A stretch of 63,597 bases of DNA, the filler included, from Syncephalis fuscata S228 (lineage: Eukaryota > Fungi > Zoopagomycota), in the NCBI GenBank assembly GCA_025786725.1. It is 6 parts of 6 records of this genome, joined end to end, with 100 filler letters (N's around TTAATTAATTAA, not from the genome) between each part and the next. Parts side by side here need not be neighbours in the genome. Positions count along the whole stretch, not along the records: positions 1 to 12,874 come from JAHLTZ010000257.1; 5 more parts are not named here. One strand, 5' to 3'. Made by a program: the position numbers and the translations under genes. The notes under the pieces are model-generated. The model saw only the letters and a list, made by a program, of their open reading frames with translations. It made no database searches and was not told the DNA's origin. Below, one piece after another: positions 1 through 12,974 of the stretch (its first letter is position 1; every line of letters begins with the position of its first letter).

Positions 1-2
1 AC

Positions 3-1157
3 GGCGGGGCCGTTGACTTTGGCGCTACTGATTTTGGTACCACGGATTTTGGTGCCACGGATTTTGGTGCCACGGATTTCAATAATACCGATTTTGATAA
101 CATTAATGATAACGACTATGGCATTGATTACGGCGCTACTGACTTTGACACTACTGATTTCAATAATACTGATTTCGGCGCTACTGATTTCAATAATACT
201 GACTTTGGCACTACTGATTTTGGCGCTACTGATTTCAATAGTACTGATTTCAACAATACTGACTTTGGATCAGAAAATCATAGTGGCGAAAATGGATTAA
301 GTTATACTACTAATACAATTAACTCTGGTGGAAACAACCATGGGGCATGTGAAACAAACAATGTGCACTCAGGCCATTCTAATGCCAATAACGGTAATGG
401 TAACGACAATAATAACCAAGCAAGCGGAAATGCATTTTCCTTTATGCAAGGTGCAATAAATGAATTTCAGTCGTCGAACAAGCCAAATAAACCAAATAAA
501 CCAAACAAGCCGGACAAACCAAATAAACCGAACAAGCTTCCAGCGCAGCCTACGCCTGTAACATATACTACAAACACGGGGCAACCAACACCAGCCTATA
601 GCTATCCTACCACGACTAATGTACCACCACCTATTCCCGTTTACAACCAAATGCCAACTACCATGCCTAATATGCCACCACCTGCCCCCGTTTACAACCA
701 AATGCCAACTACCATGCCTAGTATGCCACCACCTGCTCCTGTAGGCAATCAAGTACCTATTACTACACAATCTCACATGACTGCTGTTCCTATGGTTTCT
801 CAACCACCAATAATATATCCAACTATAGTGCCTCAAACCATGGCACAGCCTGTCGTACCGGTTAATTCTTCTGGCTATAATGCTGGCGTCCAATATGGAC
901 CAGTACCGCCAAACAAACCTACAGCTATACCGCAGCAAGCATATGGTATACATAAGCCAATGGTTAATGGCGTTAATCTGGCTATGAACAACCACACAAA
1001 TCAACTTAGTTGTATGGATGGTATGCCGCACAGCTGGGTACAAGAATACACAATGGCCGGTATTCTATGGGCTGTCTGTCTGTTTCCCTGCGGCGTTATT
1101 TGCTGCCAGAATTCAGCTTACAAACAGTGCATTCGCTGCAAACAAATTATGAAATAG
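3..1157 (+). CDS. 5'-truncated low-complexity protein with C-terminal BRI3 (brain protein I3)-like Cys-rich membrane domain
   Basis: Frame from position 3 is open and continuous with the 363..1157 ORF. It has DF(G/N)xT pentapeptide repeats, PNK repeats and a Pro-rich linker, then CMDGMPH...Y TMAGILWAVCLFPCGVICC...CIRC, matching the BRI3-type pattern from memory. Confidence 0.7.
   Translation, partial: GGAVDFGATDFGTTDFGATDFGATDFNNTDFDNINDNDYGIDYGATDFDTTDFNNTDFGATDFNNTDFGTTDFGATDFNSTDFNNTDFGSENHSGENGLSYTTNTINSGGNNHGACETNNVHSGHSNANNGNGNDNNNQASGNAFSFMQGAINEFQSSNKPNKPNKPNKPDKPNKPNKLPAQPTPVTYTTNTGQPTPAYSYPTTTNVPPPIPVYNQMPTTMPNMPPPAPVYNQMPTTMPSMPPPAPVGNQVPITTQSHMTAVPMVSQPPIIYPTIVPQTMAQPVVPVNSSGYNAGVQYGPVPPNKPTAIPQQAYGIHKPMVNGVNLAMNNHTNQLSCMDGMPHSWVQEYTMAGILWAVCLFPCGVICCQNSAYKQCIRCKQIMK
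15..270 (+). repeat. 15-nt coding tandem repeat (GAY TTY GGY/AAY NNN ACN; DFxxT pentapeptide)
   Basis: Repeated units such as gattttggtgccacg, gatttcaataatact, gactttggcgctact. Confidence 0.85.
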
Positions 1158-1739
1158 TATTTATATAATACACATAATTTTGATGTTTCTGATATTATCT
1201 TTATATTGTTATCATATCTTCTAGTCAGCATAAAATATTAATAATATAAAAATAAATAATCAATATGTACAATAAATTTTTTTATGCTATGGCAATGATA
1301 AAAATGCCTGAACTAATTTTACCAAATATTGCAAATTTTCATGATAAATATACCATTTATTAATAATTATTACTATATTTGTTTCGGTAACAGTTGGATA
1401 ATGATGGCATAACAATGTGTATAATTTAGCTTAATTATAACTAAATTATAACAGCTATAACTCATACCGACAACCAATAGTGGTACATTATTAGTAGTAT
1501 AGCTGATTAAATGATCACGATGTATACAAAGTGCTATTTATTTTCAATTTATAGTCTTTTCTCAGAAAATAATAGAATCCATTAGATTGTGAGTCTGTAT
1601 ATAAATTGCTATCAGCTTTATCTAATTTGGGGCTAAACGACCAAACTTGATCACTCGCGTAACTAAACTAATATTTCTTCTATTTAACACGGGAACGGGT
1701 GGTGCATTTTGTAAATAATAAATAATTCGATACATTGAT

Positions 1740-3210
1740 TTGGTGATTAAATAACTAAACTTAATACTATTCGCATCAAAGTTCAAATACTTATTATGTA
1801 GATTTATTATCCAGTATGCATATATTCAATACACACATAGCACTCTATCCACCTATATCATTCCCATTCTATCCCACACTGGTGTATGCCACTGTATGAC
1901 ATATTGAATACATTCTATTGTTATATATTTTAATTACATGTAGTTTGCTAAATGAATGAGTTGAAATTAGTTGACGTCTATTAACAATAGCTCTAAACCA
2001 AAAAGACTGTAATAGCTAGCGCGTATTTATTAAACAATAAAACAATATACAATATAATGATTATACAATGTCGAGCACTGATTAGCAGTGTTGAAGTTAA
2101 TAAACATATATATATGAACAAATGAGCGACATTAGTCGAAACTTATCAATAATAAAGCTAAAACACAATAAAAACAGTTTCAAACAGAGTAGGGCTAAGT
2201 GAGTATAGAATGATATAGAATAGAATAGATATGCAATAGAAAGTGTATGATAGTTGGTATTACAGTTACATTGTATATAGCGTAATGAGTGGAATGAGGT
2301 TAAGGTCAAGCATTTGCGCTAAGCATTATGTGCCAGCATTTGTGCTAAGCATTATGTGTTAGCATTTGTGCTAAACCTCTTTCGTACAACTAACTACATA
2401 TCCGTTCTATTGAACATAAAACTGGTTGGTGAATGGTATTAGTAATCAGAATATTTATTATTGTATATTCATTATCTAGTACGCATATATCGTCATTGCA
2501 ATACTATGTTGTTACTGTTTACACTGTTTTATTTCTAGCTTTCTTTCTATTTGCGTACTCATCAATCCATTGCGTCCTTATTTTGGTTGAACTTGTTATT
2601 ACTGTGGATATTCATCAATTTGCTCTACTAGCATTAAAACCATAGCCAATTTGCATTAACTAGTTTATTTATCAGATAGTCACATTCCACATGTATGCAC
2701 GAGCAAGTAAACAAAATAATTTTAAAATTATTAGTAATTAAACTAGCATCAAACAAAAACAGTTTCAAATAATGTATTAATATATATAATAAAATGATAT
2801 AGAATAGTATGAATATTGGTGTTGAAGTTATAGTGTATATAACGCAATGAGTGGAGTGAGAAAGTGTATTGGAGCATATAAACAATAGAATGTGTTCAGT
2901 ATAACATAGAACGATATACAGTAGTATGGAACAGTATGAGAATGATATAGGTAAATAGTGGATATATGTGTACTGGATAATGAATCTACAATGATGAGTA
3001 TTTTGATTATTGATGTCACTCTCCATCCATCCTCATGTTCAGTAGATTGGATGTCATTGAATGGAGTCATTTGATCACAAAACAAACAGTATAATATGGT
3101 TATTTAATTATTTAATAAAACTCATCATCGGCTTCATATTCAATAGAACAAGTGTGTACTTCAATTACGCAGATGTTATTAAATTTAGTTATTTGATCAC
3201 CAAATCACAT
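1740..3210. repeat. Cluster of fragments of dispersed repeat family R1 in both orientations
   Basis: 2110-2300 and 2740-3210 resemble 41780-42300 (e.g. atgagcgacattagtcga; tactggataatgaatcta(c/t)aatgatgagtattttgat). 1740-1830 and 2400-2480 are reverse-oriented pieces. Confidence 0.75.
2310..2376. repeat. Short tandem repeat of ~13-nt units (gcatt(t/at)gtgcta(a))
   Basis: gcatttgcgctaagcattatgtgccagcatttgtgctaagcattatgtgttagcatttgtgctaa. Confidence 0.7.
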
Positions 3211-4653
3211 TAAATGACTAACAAATTGTTTAATATTACTGTAATAACAATGATATAAATAAAACAACTATATATAGTGCAACATAATTATCCTACACTA
3301 AGAAATGCACATGTATAACCTTGCATATCATGCTGACTAGCACCAGTATTTGCTATTACAACACTATCATTACAATATAACATTGCTTAACTGCTATTTT
3401 GAAATGTTCAACAATAAAATAACGACACTTCTATACAGGTTAAAGCATTAAATATTTGTTGAATAAATTATTTTATTTGTATAATTAAATATGTAGCATG
3501 TAAATTGTTTGTGTTTAATAAGTTTTTTATTTATAGAAAAATAGTTTTAAATAAAGAATGCAGTAAATTGCTTGATAATACTTTTTGGTGCAAACAACGA
3601 AAGTATGCTTTAAATGTTATTACGATACCAAATTACAGTATTATGATCACATAATCATCTACCATGCGATTGATTCATGACATCCACCATGTAATTGAAC
3701 AACTGTTAGCAATAACATGTGAATAGCCACAACAACAATATACTAAATACTTGCACTAACAATCATAAACAAACAGCTATCCAAAAACATAGTTAGTAAA
3801 TACTTGTTGTTTACTGACATATGAGCAACCATATGAACAAGGCTCAAATTTCATTAACAATAGTATTTACTATACACTACTAGCTTTATTGAAACTATAA
3901 TAAACATATCTATATTTCTAGTTTATATTATTTTTTATACTTTAGTTACAAATAACATTTAGTTGTTAAAAGCTTAACCGTGGTAATCAATAATTAAACA
4001 GAAAAATCACTTATTGTTTTTTTTATAATAGCATCAGGTTCATGTTATATTAATATAAGCAATTAATTAGTAGTTGCTAGCGCTTAGGTGATAGAAGTAA
4101 TTGTATGCAAAACGGTAGCCATTAAGTTGCTAGTCGTTGCAGTAGTCTTTCCTTAACATAGTATCTATACCAGTACAATATCATATCATTATATATAGTG
4201 AAGATTGTTGCTATTTATGATATCTACAAATAAGCACAGTTAATTTATTGCCAATATACTCACTACAGTATCCATATTAACATTGATATATCTATATCAG
4301 CTTAGCTTATAGCTAATACAATATAACTGTACATGTATTTGTTAATTTAACTATTTGATTAATAGTTAATCATTGAATACAGATAAAATATAATTATCTA
4401 TATCGTAATTTATTGTATATAGCTAAGATGAAATCTTAAGTTATTACATGTTTGCACACTTGAATAGAACAACTAGATGCAAGCTTGTTAGTAGTGTAGT
4501 AATTTTATTGGCCGGAGAGTGCATAAACCGGAGCATTGCCAAAACTTGATATAAATGACTGGACGGTGTAGTTGTCAAATAGTCTTGCTTTTCACCAATA
4601 TATACCCAAGTGTATCGGACTAGTGCTTCGATTGCGCTACCAATGCTAATGTC

Positions 4654-4880
4654 TTAAAACCATCATTATTGCATTCTGTCGCGCATCTGCCAGGTCTGCT
4701 GCATTTTCTTTAGGATTCGGATTGTTCAGGGTTCGTCCAGGGTAACTTCACATTCATTAATGCATCTGCTGCATTTACTTGATCTTAGCACGACGGACTA
4801 AGGCTGGATTGCATCCACCATGGTTGTAGCGGCTATCAAAGCCACAACGACGGTGCAAACGACAGCAATAGAAGCTTCAT
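4654..4880 (-). pseudogene. Intronless paralog (gene C) of the micro-exon Cys-rich peptide genes; frameshifted as assembled (pseudogene or sequencing errors)
   Basis: Reverse strand reads atgaagcttctattgctgtcgtttgcaccgtcgttgtggctttgatagccgctacaaccatggtggatgcaatccagccttagtccgtcgt, i.e. MKL(S)IAVVCTVVVALIAATTMVDANPALVRR after two 1-nt fixes. Then KCSRCINECEV...KCSRPGRCATECNNDG with no introns. Its TAA aligns with the stop of gene A. Confidence 0.8.
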
Positions 4881-5900
4881 GATAATGTTGATTTGTTAAG
4901 ACAAACAAATAAAAGAGATCGTAGAGTGTGGTTGATATAAAGTGTATAGTAGTGTGTGTATAGCAAGAAGTAGAATGTGATGATGATGTCGTAGTTGATG
5001 GTTGTATATATTTTGTAGGCTATTTATACTTATGATTATGTTGAGCTGCCAGCATACTGTAGTATACGAGATATACCATTGGTATGTAGTATGCGCCAAT
5101 AAAACAATCCAAACGATGGTTTGAAATGCGTATATACCAATAGATTTAGGTGTGATAGCATGCTTTTTAGTTTTGATTTCAACCTGCTCAGTCTTGATTT
5201 AACCTGCCTGGTCTTGATTTTAACCTGCCCGGTCTTTACTTCAATCTGCTAGCCATTTGCCCGAATAATGCAAAAATGGTAATAATTTAATACATATGCG
5301 ATAGAGATAGGCATATTAGCTTGTATTTTTTGTTACACGGTCTAAATACTTGGTAAAAACAAGTGTATCGTTTGGCTTTGTAAAACGATAATGCTGTTTT
5401 TGCTGTCATTTCTACCGATTCAGTCCTCAATATCCGTTGCATACAGAATAGCACACAACACTGACGTAAAAACAAATATAATATATCAAACTGGTATTTT
5501 ATACATGTTTTTACTGCCATACATAAGTCAGCTGTAGTTCTTGATTTTTATCAGTTTTTAGCTGTAAACTAAATTGCATCGGCTAAATTACACGCAATAC
5601 AATATGCGAACACCATACTAGACACAATAAAAAGTTCTAACACCAATTACTAGTAAATCCGAGTGCATAATGGCTGTGGATTGCATATCAACCGGTAATC
5701 ATCCAAGGCCTAAATGTTGTCCACATTCCTGAAACCACTTCTGACAGGTTAAGCAAGATAGAATGTAGAAAAAAAGCCAAGCTTGAAATTGATGGAAAAC
5801 AATTGGCAGCTCAAGGGCTTACTGGTTTAGCTTATAGCAAATCATTATCGTCATACCATGTTAGACTGAGTTTATCAACGATCCAACTATTGATGATGCA
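4881..5900 (-). promoter_or_regulatory. Upstream region homologous to 22370-23572 (promoter module of the peptide family), with TATAAA at ~5023-5028
   Basis: Reverse complement aligns by eye with gene A upstream DNA (e.g. tacagctgac(t/c)tatgtatggcagtaaaa, tattctgtatgcaac, gcagattgaagtaaagaccgggcaggttaaaatcaagacc). Confidence 0.75.
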
Positions 5901-6759
5901 GCTAGAACAATAGCGCTAAACGAAAGTAACGCATGGAACAAAAACATTGTACATAGCATTTAATAAAACTGCAAAATATACACATGCTGTTATGCTTTGA
6001 ATTGCATAAGGGGTAATTGAGGAGAGGACGAGCGAATGAGGAGAAATCAGACAATAGCGGATGATATTGTCAACAAATGTTTACTCATGAGGTTGTTGAC
6101 CAGTTAAATGAGGATTAATATAGTTACATATCATAAGTAATGATTTCATGCTGTTGTAAGTTATTAAACAGAAGAAAAAAAATCCATCTATTAGATCAAA
6201 ATATGCACTTATAATTATTTATATCAGCCATTTGTTCCATAAAAGCATATACAACTAAAGTAAATAGTAAAATAGTATTAGCACCATTTTCAACTATAAA
6301 ATATGTAGTTTATATTATTTGTAAATGCGTAGTGATTCAATATCAGATATTGTACTAATCATACATGAGTTTTATTGTTATAATGTCAGCCATCTGTTTT
6401 ATTTGACTGTATATAACTTGTTCAATCATAGGAATAAGACTTTAAAACAGTTATAATCATTAAGATGATCAAAATAAGTGCAATGGTGATAAAAATGAGT
6501 TAGATTGATATTAATTAAAACTACTCAATATGGTAATTATAATAATACATTAATTAAATTGTTTATTAATGGTAATAGCAACAGCATGAATGGGCACAGC
6601 GTCTTACCATAATCATATTTTATTATATCCAATTGCATAAATACAATTTAGAAGTATTGTTTATTTATACTAGATACCTAAAATTTTATTTAAACAAACT
6701 TTTTTGTAAAATTTTCCAGTAAGCATATAGTCTGTATGCAGCGCAAAATTTTTGCAAAA

Positions 6760-6832
6760 GCTTCCTTGGCTCAGTTGGTAGAGCGTCAGTCTCATAATCT
6801 GAAGGTCGCCAGTTCGAGCCTGGCAGGGAGCA
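6760..6832 (+). tRNA. tRNA-Met (CAT), elongator type
   Basis: GCTTCCT/AGGGAGC acceptor stem, D-arm GCTCAGTTGGTAGAGC, anticodon loop CTCATAA (CAT 6793-6795), T-loop GTTCGAG; 73 nt, no intron. Confidence 0.95.
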
Positions 6833-7612
6833 ATGTAGCCGCGCATAGCCATGTAGCTACGCATCCATATATTTTTGCAACATGTACTGTTTATTTTGTT
6901 AAAAATATAGCCATCTATACTGTAAAGCGCCAATTTTTATTAATTTTTAGTCATTTTACCCAACAGACATTGATTAATATAGGTTTGCATCAATAAATTA
7001 GCAAACTATTGTTTATGAAATGTGTTTAGATAAACGACAACATAGTATTGTAAATTATTTACTTGGTAGAGCTATCATTTGTCTATATAGCTTGTAAACA
7101 TGTAAATTAACAACAAATTAATAAAATGCTATAATGTATTAGATATATTAAGCAATATGATATCGTATTTTATTTATATTATCATCATAGCAATCAGATT
7201 ATATAATAATGCCGGTCTATCCAAGCTATCAAACAAATAAATGAACTACATTTGGCGTAGCTCATATCTAACGTTTATTCTTTAATTACAAATAGTTATT
7301 ATTAAAATACGTACTAACTATAGTACTGCCAATTGAGAATACTAAATAATACACTACATGTTATAATAATTAGCCTATAGAATACACTTATTAATTATGA
7401 TATGTTTAATAAAATGGACTGTATTTTATTTATTATATATTCAAGTATTGCTAACATATACATATATATAATAAATTCATTGATGTTTGATGTAATTTCT
7501 TACACAATACTACTACAACTTATTATAAATATACTACTTTAATAATAATAATAATTAAATGGTTTAAATCGAGTTAAATTATAGCAATCTATATAATATA
7601 ATAAAATAAACT

Positions 7613-10600
7613 TTATTCAGAATCACTGTCAAAAATATTAGTGTTTTTTGTAGATAAATCCAAGCTATTATCCAGATCCTATTATTATTATTTACAACAA
7701 ATATTAGCGAATTATTTCATTATACATTAATAACTTACCGTTATAAGATGCGAACGATCCCATGTATGACTATATGATTTAATAATAGTATGTAGACTAA
7801 CACGCACTCTATCCAGAGCATCAACAGAGTAGCCATCGCTAATGGCCACCATTCGGTCGGTCCATTGTTCTAACTGTGCTTCATCTATAGTCACTTGTCT
7901 TGATATTGTTTCCACGAGTGTTGTAGATTCAACTTCGGCGACAATAGAAGGTGCGGCTTCTTCAGATGGCAATAATAGCAGCGGCGGCTGTTGTTGTTGT
8001 TTTTGTTCTTCTTCTATTGTGTCAACTGTCATAGCCGCAATAGGATCATGACTCAAATCTACTTTTTATTAATAATGATATACACGTAGTACTATTATAA
8101 TTACCTTGCAATAAAGTGTTATCATCATCATCATTATTATTACTATTATTATGCTCAACTAATAATGTACTAGTTGGTGGTGTGTTGATCGGATTATCAA
8201 TTGCTAGAGTAGCCATTGACTCATGAACTGATTGCTGCGAGTCCATAACTTCTTCACTATAATTGGGTTCCATTTTTACTTGCTGTTCCTCTTGAGGCGC
8301 TGTAGTTGTAGATAGATCATCAATAGCTGGCGTATCAATAACCATATTCATTGTATCATCTGTCTCCATGTCTTTCGATGTCGATACAACAGGCAGTGAC
8401 GGCTCAATCTCCATCGATCCAGTGTTACTTGTAATAGTTGTAGTCAATGGTGCTGTAGCTGGAACACTTGTATCAGGTAGACTGCCTTGTAATCGACGAC
8501 TTCTTCGGTGTGGTGTCATCATCGTTGCTGGATCAGGTTGACCACCTATAATATTATTAGTTACTACTTATATATATATATTATCTAGCTACTTACTTTC
8601 TTGTTGCCATGCTTCTTCTCGAAGTTTCAATCGTTCATGTCGATCTGCAATTTCATCAATTCGCTCTTCTAGCTGATAGTTCCAAGAACGAACACTAGTG
8701 GCCACTTCATCCAACATCAATTGCGCCTAATAGATATTTGTTAAATAAACGCCGATGATAGATGCAACACTTACAATAGAGTGATATGGACGATGTTCTT
8801 CAGTATTGGCCCAACTCATAATGCTAATATTCTCTGCCCAATATTCAAGATCGCTGAAGAATTCACTTGTCCGTTGATAACCTTGTTTACGACGGGCCGT
8901 CTTGTCCCAAATAGCTATTAAATCCAGCGGTGAATCTGTATCTACAGGCAATTGTGTTGCTATATCAATCGGTTGTAGCTATTACCAATTAAGCGTTAGT
9001 AGGCCATTATTAATACTAAGTGCAATAAATAACTTACTCGCTCATTGAACAGCTCTTTAAAATCTTTACGTAATTTCTGCACCGAGGACATAGTATTGTA
9101 TAGCTGCAATCTAAATACACCCATCCAAAATCTATCATAATGATAATCATTGTAAGCTGTTGAACTACATGCTCAATAATATACCGACTCGTCATAATCT
9201 CGCTGCTCCTTGCTAACCAGTTGACTAGGTGGACGTGTTGGTGGTGGAGGCGCCAATGGCAGTGTTGGCAATGTTGAACCTTCTTTGCCATCACTTGATC
9301 CATCCATTGTAGTAGATACGGTTTCCGGTTCTGATGTCGGTGGACAATAAATATCTTTGTGCAATGACGTAAAAAAATTGACGCCGTGCCATCTATTGAT
9401 ATCATTAGTTAGTCTATTCAATATACATACTAGTCGTTGTAATACTTACCGCATCCGGCAAGGTTGGCTGCACAACATGGCACTGTCCTCCCTTAAACCA
9501 CTCCTTAATACTGGCCGGTAGCTCTTTTGGCCGACATTCACAGGTAGCCAATAATAGGATGGGATCGTAGGGATTTAGACTGCGTAGTAGCTGCTAAATG
9601 TTGATATTACTAGCTCTGACAATGGGCCACACCAATGATCCAACTGTGGAATATATAATACACTTGGCCGGTGCCGTTTGGCCTCAACAAACAGTTGAAC
9701 ACAGGCTGCTTCTGGTGTCTATAAATATCATTTATAGGTCAAATAAATATGATAGCAATATGTTAATTGTCACTTACTCGTGTTGTTTCCGACATCAATG
9801 AACCCAAATCAAATGAACATACTTGACAGCCTTCTAGTATTTGTAGAACAGCTTGTCCTAATGCTAATTGGCCCATACCGGGCTCACCAGCAATTAAAAG
9901 ACGAGGCCGGAATACATTGGATGGTGCCGTGCCTATATAATAAACAATTAATAAAATAGCATGGTATATTGTATTAATTAACATTGCTTGCCATCACTAT
10001 TAAACTGATCTAGGCTGGGGTGGCTTAAATCGGTTGGTGCCGATACAGATGTCTTTTTAACGCCATCAGGTAAAAGAGAATTTAACGATTTCTGTACTTG
10101 TTGCCATGCTGCTTCAAGTAACGGAGCAATACTTGAAGGTAGTGGTGCAGCGACAGCCGCTACAGACCGATAAGAAGATGGTACCATATCTAATATATAT
10201 ATATATGTGTGTGTGTGTGAATAAGTGGTTATTCATTAAATAAATATGGCAATTTACCTTTCATAGCAGCTACAAAATCTATCTCGGTTACATTAACAGA
10301 TCGTGGATCTAATAGTAGCTTATGTTGACTATTATAGATTTGTGGATACCGACGTCTAATTGCTCTTAGTGCCGCTTCCGTTGATAATGCCTAGTAATTA
10401 TTATTATTAATTAATATCAATAGTACAATGGCTATTACCTTAATATCAGCACCACCATATCCTTTAGTTGCCGCAGCTAATCGATCTTTAAAAATATCGG
10501 TAATAGGTGGCTGCCAGTGCTGTGTATTAATATCTATAATACGGCGACGGGCAAGTTCATTAGGTAGACCAAAGTAGAATTCACGATCAAAACGGCCGGG

Positions 10601-12874
10601 TCGACGTAGAGCTGGATCAATAGCATCTACACGATTAGTTGCACCAATCACTACCACTTGGCCTATTAACAACAAGAATAATAGTAATAAGATTAGTTAA
10701 TATAATGTTATATTATATTATAATTACCTCTATGATCTAGTCCATCCATTAAGGCGAGTAAAGTTGAAACAATAGATGCGTGAATTTGATCCTGTCGACT
10801 AGAACGTACTGGTGCCAATCCTGATCAAACCAATTAAAATTAAACAATTTATTATAAAAATAACATTACGTACCATCAATTTCATCAAAAAATATAATAC
10901 TTGGTTGCCATTCCTTGGCGGCATCAAATAACAAACGTAATTGCCGTTCTGCCTCACCCACCCATTTACTAAGACAATCAGCACCTTTACGCATAAAGAA
11001 GGCTATTTTACGTAATTGTTAATATCTAATCATTACATAGTTTATTAAACTACTTACCAACAGGTTGATTGGTCGTTGTACAGCTATTGGCCAAAGCACG
11101 AGCCATTAATGTTTTACCCGTACCCGGTGGACCTGATAAAAGACATTAAGACATTAAACGCTTAAATGCTTAAATGCTTACCATGAAAGATTACACCTCT
11201 GGGAGGAATAATTCGCTTTTCTGTAAATATTCCGGATAAAGTAATGGCAATACAACCATTTCTTTTAATGCTCGAATATCTATAATAAAATATTAATAAT
11301 ATATTATTATTATTATTATTATTATTATATTAATTAGTGGCTATATCATATAACTTACGCTCATCTAATCCACCAATAGCGTTAAAATCCAACACCACGC
11401 GATACACCCAATGGATCAGTATCGGCCAACACCATATCTATACATTATGTATATATATATTACTATATTAATATACTAATATTACTATTATCATATTATT
11501 AATTACCTTTCTTACGTAGTCCAGGTGGACCTCGATCATCAGGCAATTCAGCAATATTAAATGGCAGTACTGGTTGAGCACCTGATCCGCCATTCATTAC
11601 ATTGTTGCCGCCCACACCTGCTGCTGCCTTGCCACCATCACTATCACTATCTGAACCTGGTCTATATAACATCATAATTAAGTATAATCAGTTAATCAAT
11701 TGATACGTTATATTATACACATTGCCTACCTAAACATAAAGGCATGTCCACCACGTGGTACGCGTCGTCGGTTTGGATTGGCAAGTTTAAAGAGGCAGCA
11801 TATTCATATCACGTGCAGCATTGGGTCCACTCACCACCGCGTCGGCCATTGGCATTCTGTTCAGCCTTGCGCATATTCGACTCAAGCATAGAATTGAAAT
11901 AACTAACTTCATCGTAGTTCTTTGGTGCGGCCCGTGTTCGTAAACGGTATTTACGCGGTGTGCCATTCAGTCCATCTTCATCTTCATCTCTTCATGGCCC
12001 TCGGTACTTCTAAATGACCGTGCAAATGGTGGTGGTGATGTGCTGGGCACTGACTGAGGGTGGCACTGGCTGTCCATTATCTAATCGCTGATAATTAACA
12101 CGATTACGTTGCCGTAGACCGGCCGGCCCGTTGGCACATATTTCTCTACGTTCTTCATATCAACGCCGTCTTCATCTTCATCAAAGGAATTAGTCATTCC
12201 AGCTGTTTCTCTCACCGGTCAAGGAATCCTCGTTTAGTTGATCGAGCTGGAGATTCGGCCCCGTCCACCGGTTGCTACTGTCTTGACGCGGTTGGTGGAT
12301 TAGTATTTGATGCAGTAGTAGAATTGGAACGACGTGTTCGTAACTCCATGGTAGATGTCTTACTTGAGTAGTTTTGCCACCTGTGGACATAGTGGCACTT
12401 GTAGCAGCGTAATTGGCACGGGCTGACTACGACGGCGTGGCCTGCCATAGTCACCATCGTCATCGTCATCGTCATCGTGGTCGTCCCCGTCTCATCGTCG
12501 TCTTCATCATGCTCTACATTCAGTTCCGTTCCATGATTATCCTCGCTGTTGTGATCTTCATCCATTGGACGTAGTTATCGTCATCATCGCTATGAATAGA
12601 CTGTCGCTGTCGTTGTAATCGACTACACGGCGTGTTTGAGCTGTATCATGATCATGATCAGCGTATATGCTTCTGTATTGCTGTTATTATACTGGTCGAT
12701 TGGTGTTACGTAGTGATAGTCTCGATTGCCGTATGTTCCTCTATGTCTTAAACTGCTTGATGTATTGTCATTCATTATCGTCTTGGTTATTATCGTCTTC
12801 ATCGTGGGCATCAAGTGCGAGGATAGACCATTATTACGACGTCGATTATGTAAATGGTCCTGTAACTTTGTATT
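7613..12874 (-). CDS. YTA7: Yta7/ATAD2-family AAA+ ATPase histone chaperone, multi-exon, 5' end cut by contig edge
   Basis: Spliced motifs GPPGTGKTLMARALA, FMRKGADCLSKWVGEAERQLRLLF, IIFFDEIDGLAPVRSSRQDQIHASIVSTLLALMDG, VIGATNRVDAIDPALRRPGRFDREFYFGLP, second AAA FRPRLLIAGEPGMGQ; acidic N-terminus with apparent 1-nt indels. Confidence 0.9.
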
Positions 12875-12974
12875 NNNNNNNNNNNNNNNNNNNNNNNNNN
12901 NNNNNNNNNNNNNNNNNNTTAATTAATTAANNNNNNNNNNNNNNNNNNNNNNNNNNNNNNNNNNNNNNNNNNNN
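12875..12974. other. Artificial contig linker (N44-TTAATTAATTAA-N44)
   Basis: Identical 100-nt spacer with stops in all frames, five occurrences in the window. Confidence 0.97.

Noticed and set aside
13-300. Hydrophobic 95-aa ORF from the ORF track
   Set aside because: Alternative frame of the DFxxT repeat; the frame starting at position 3 is continuous with the downstream CDS.
6670-6996. Two ORFs overlapping the tRNA-Met
   Set aside because: Incidental frames across a canonical tRNA.
12875-12974. TTAATTAATTAA motif inside N-runs (five times)
   Set aside because: Artificial concatenation linker; ORFs containing X across it and any synteny across it are not biological.
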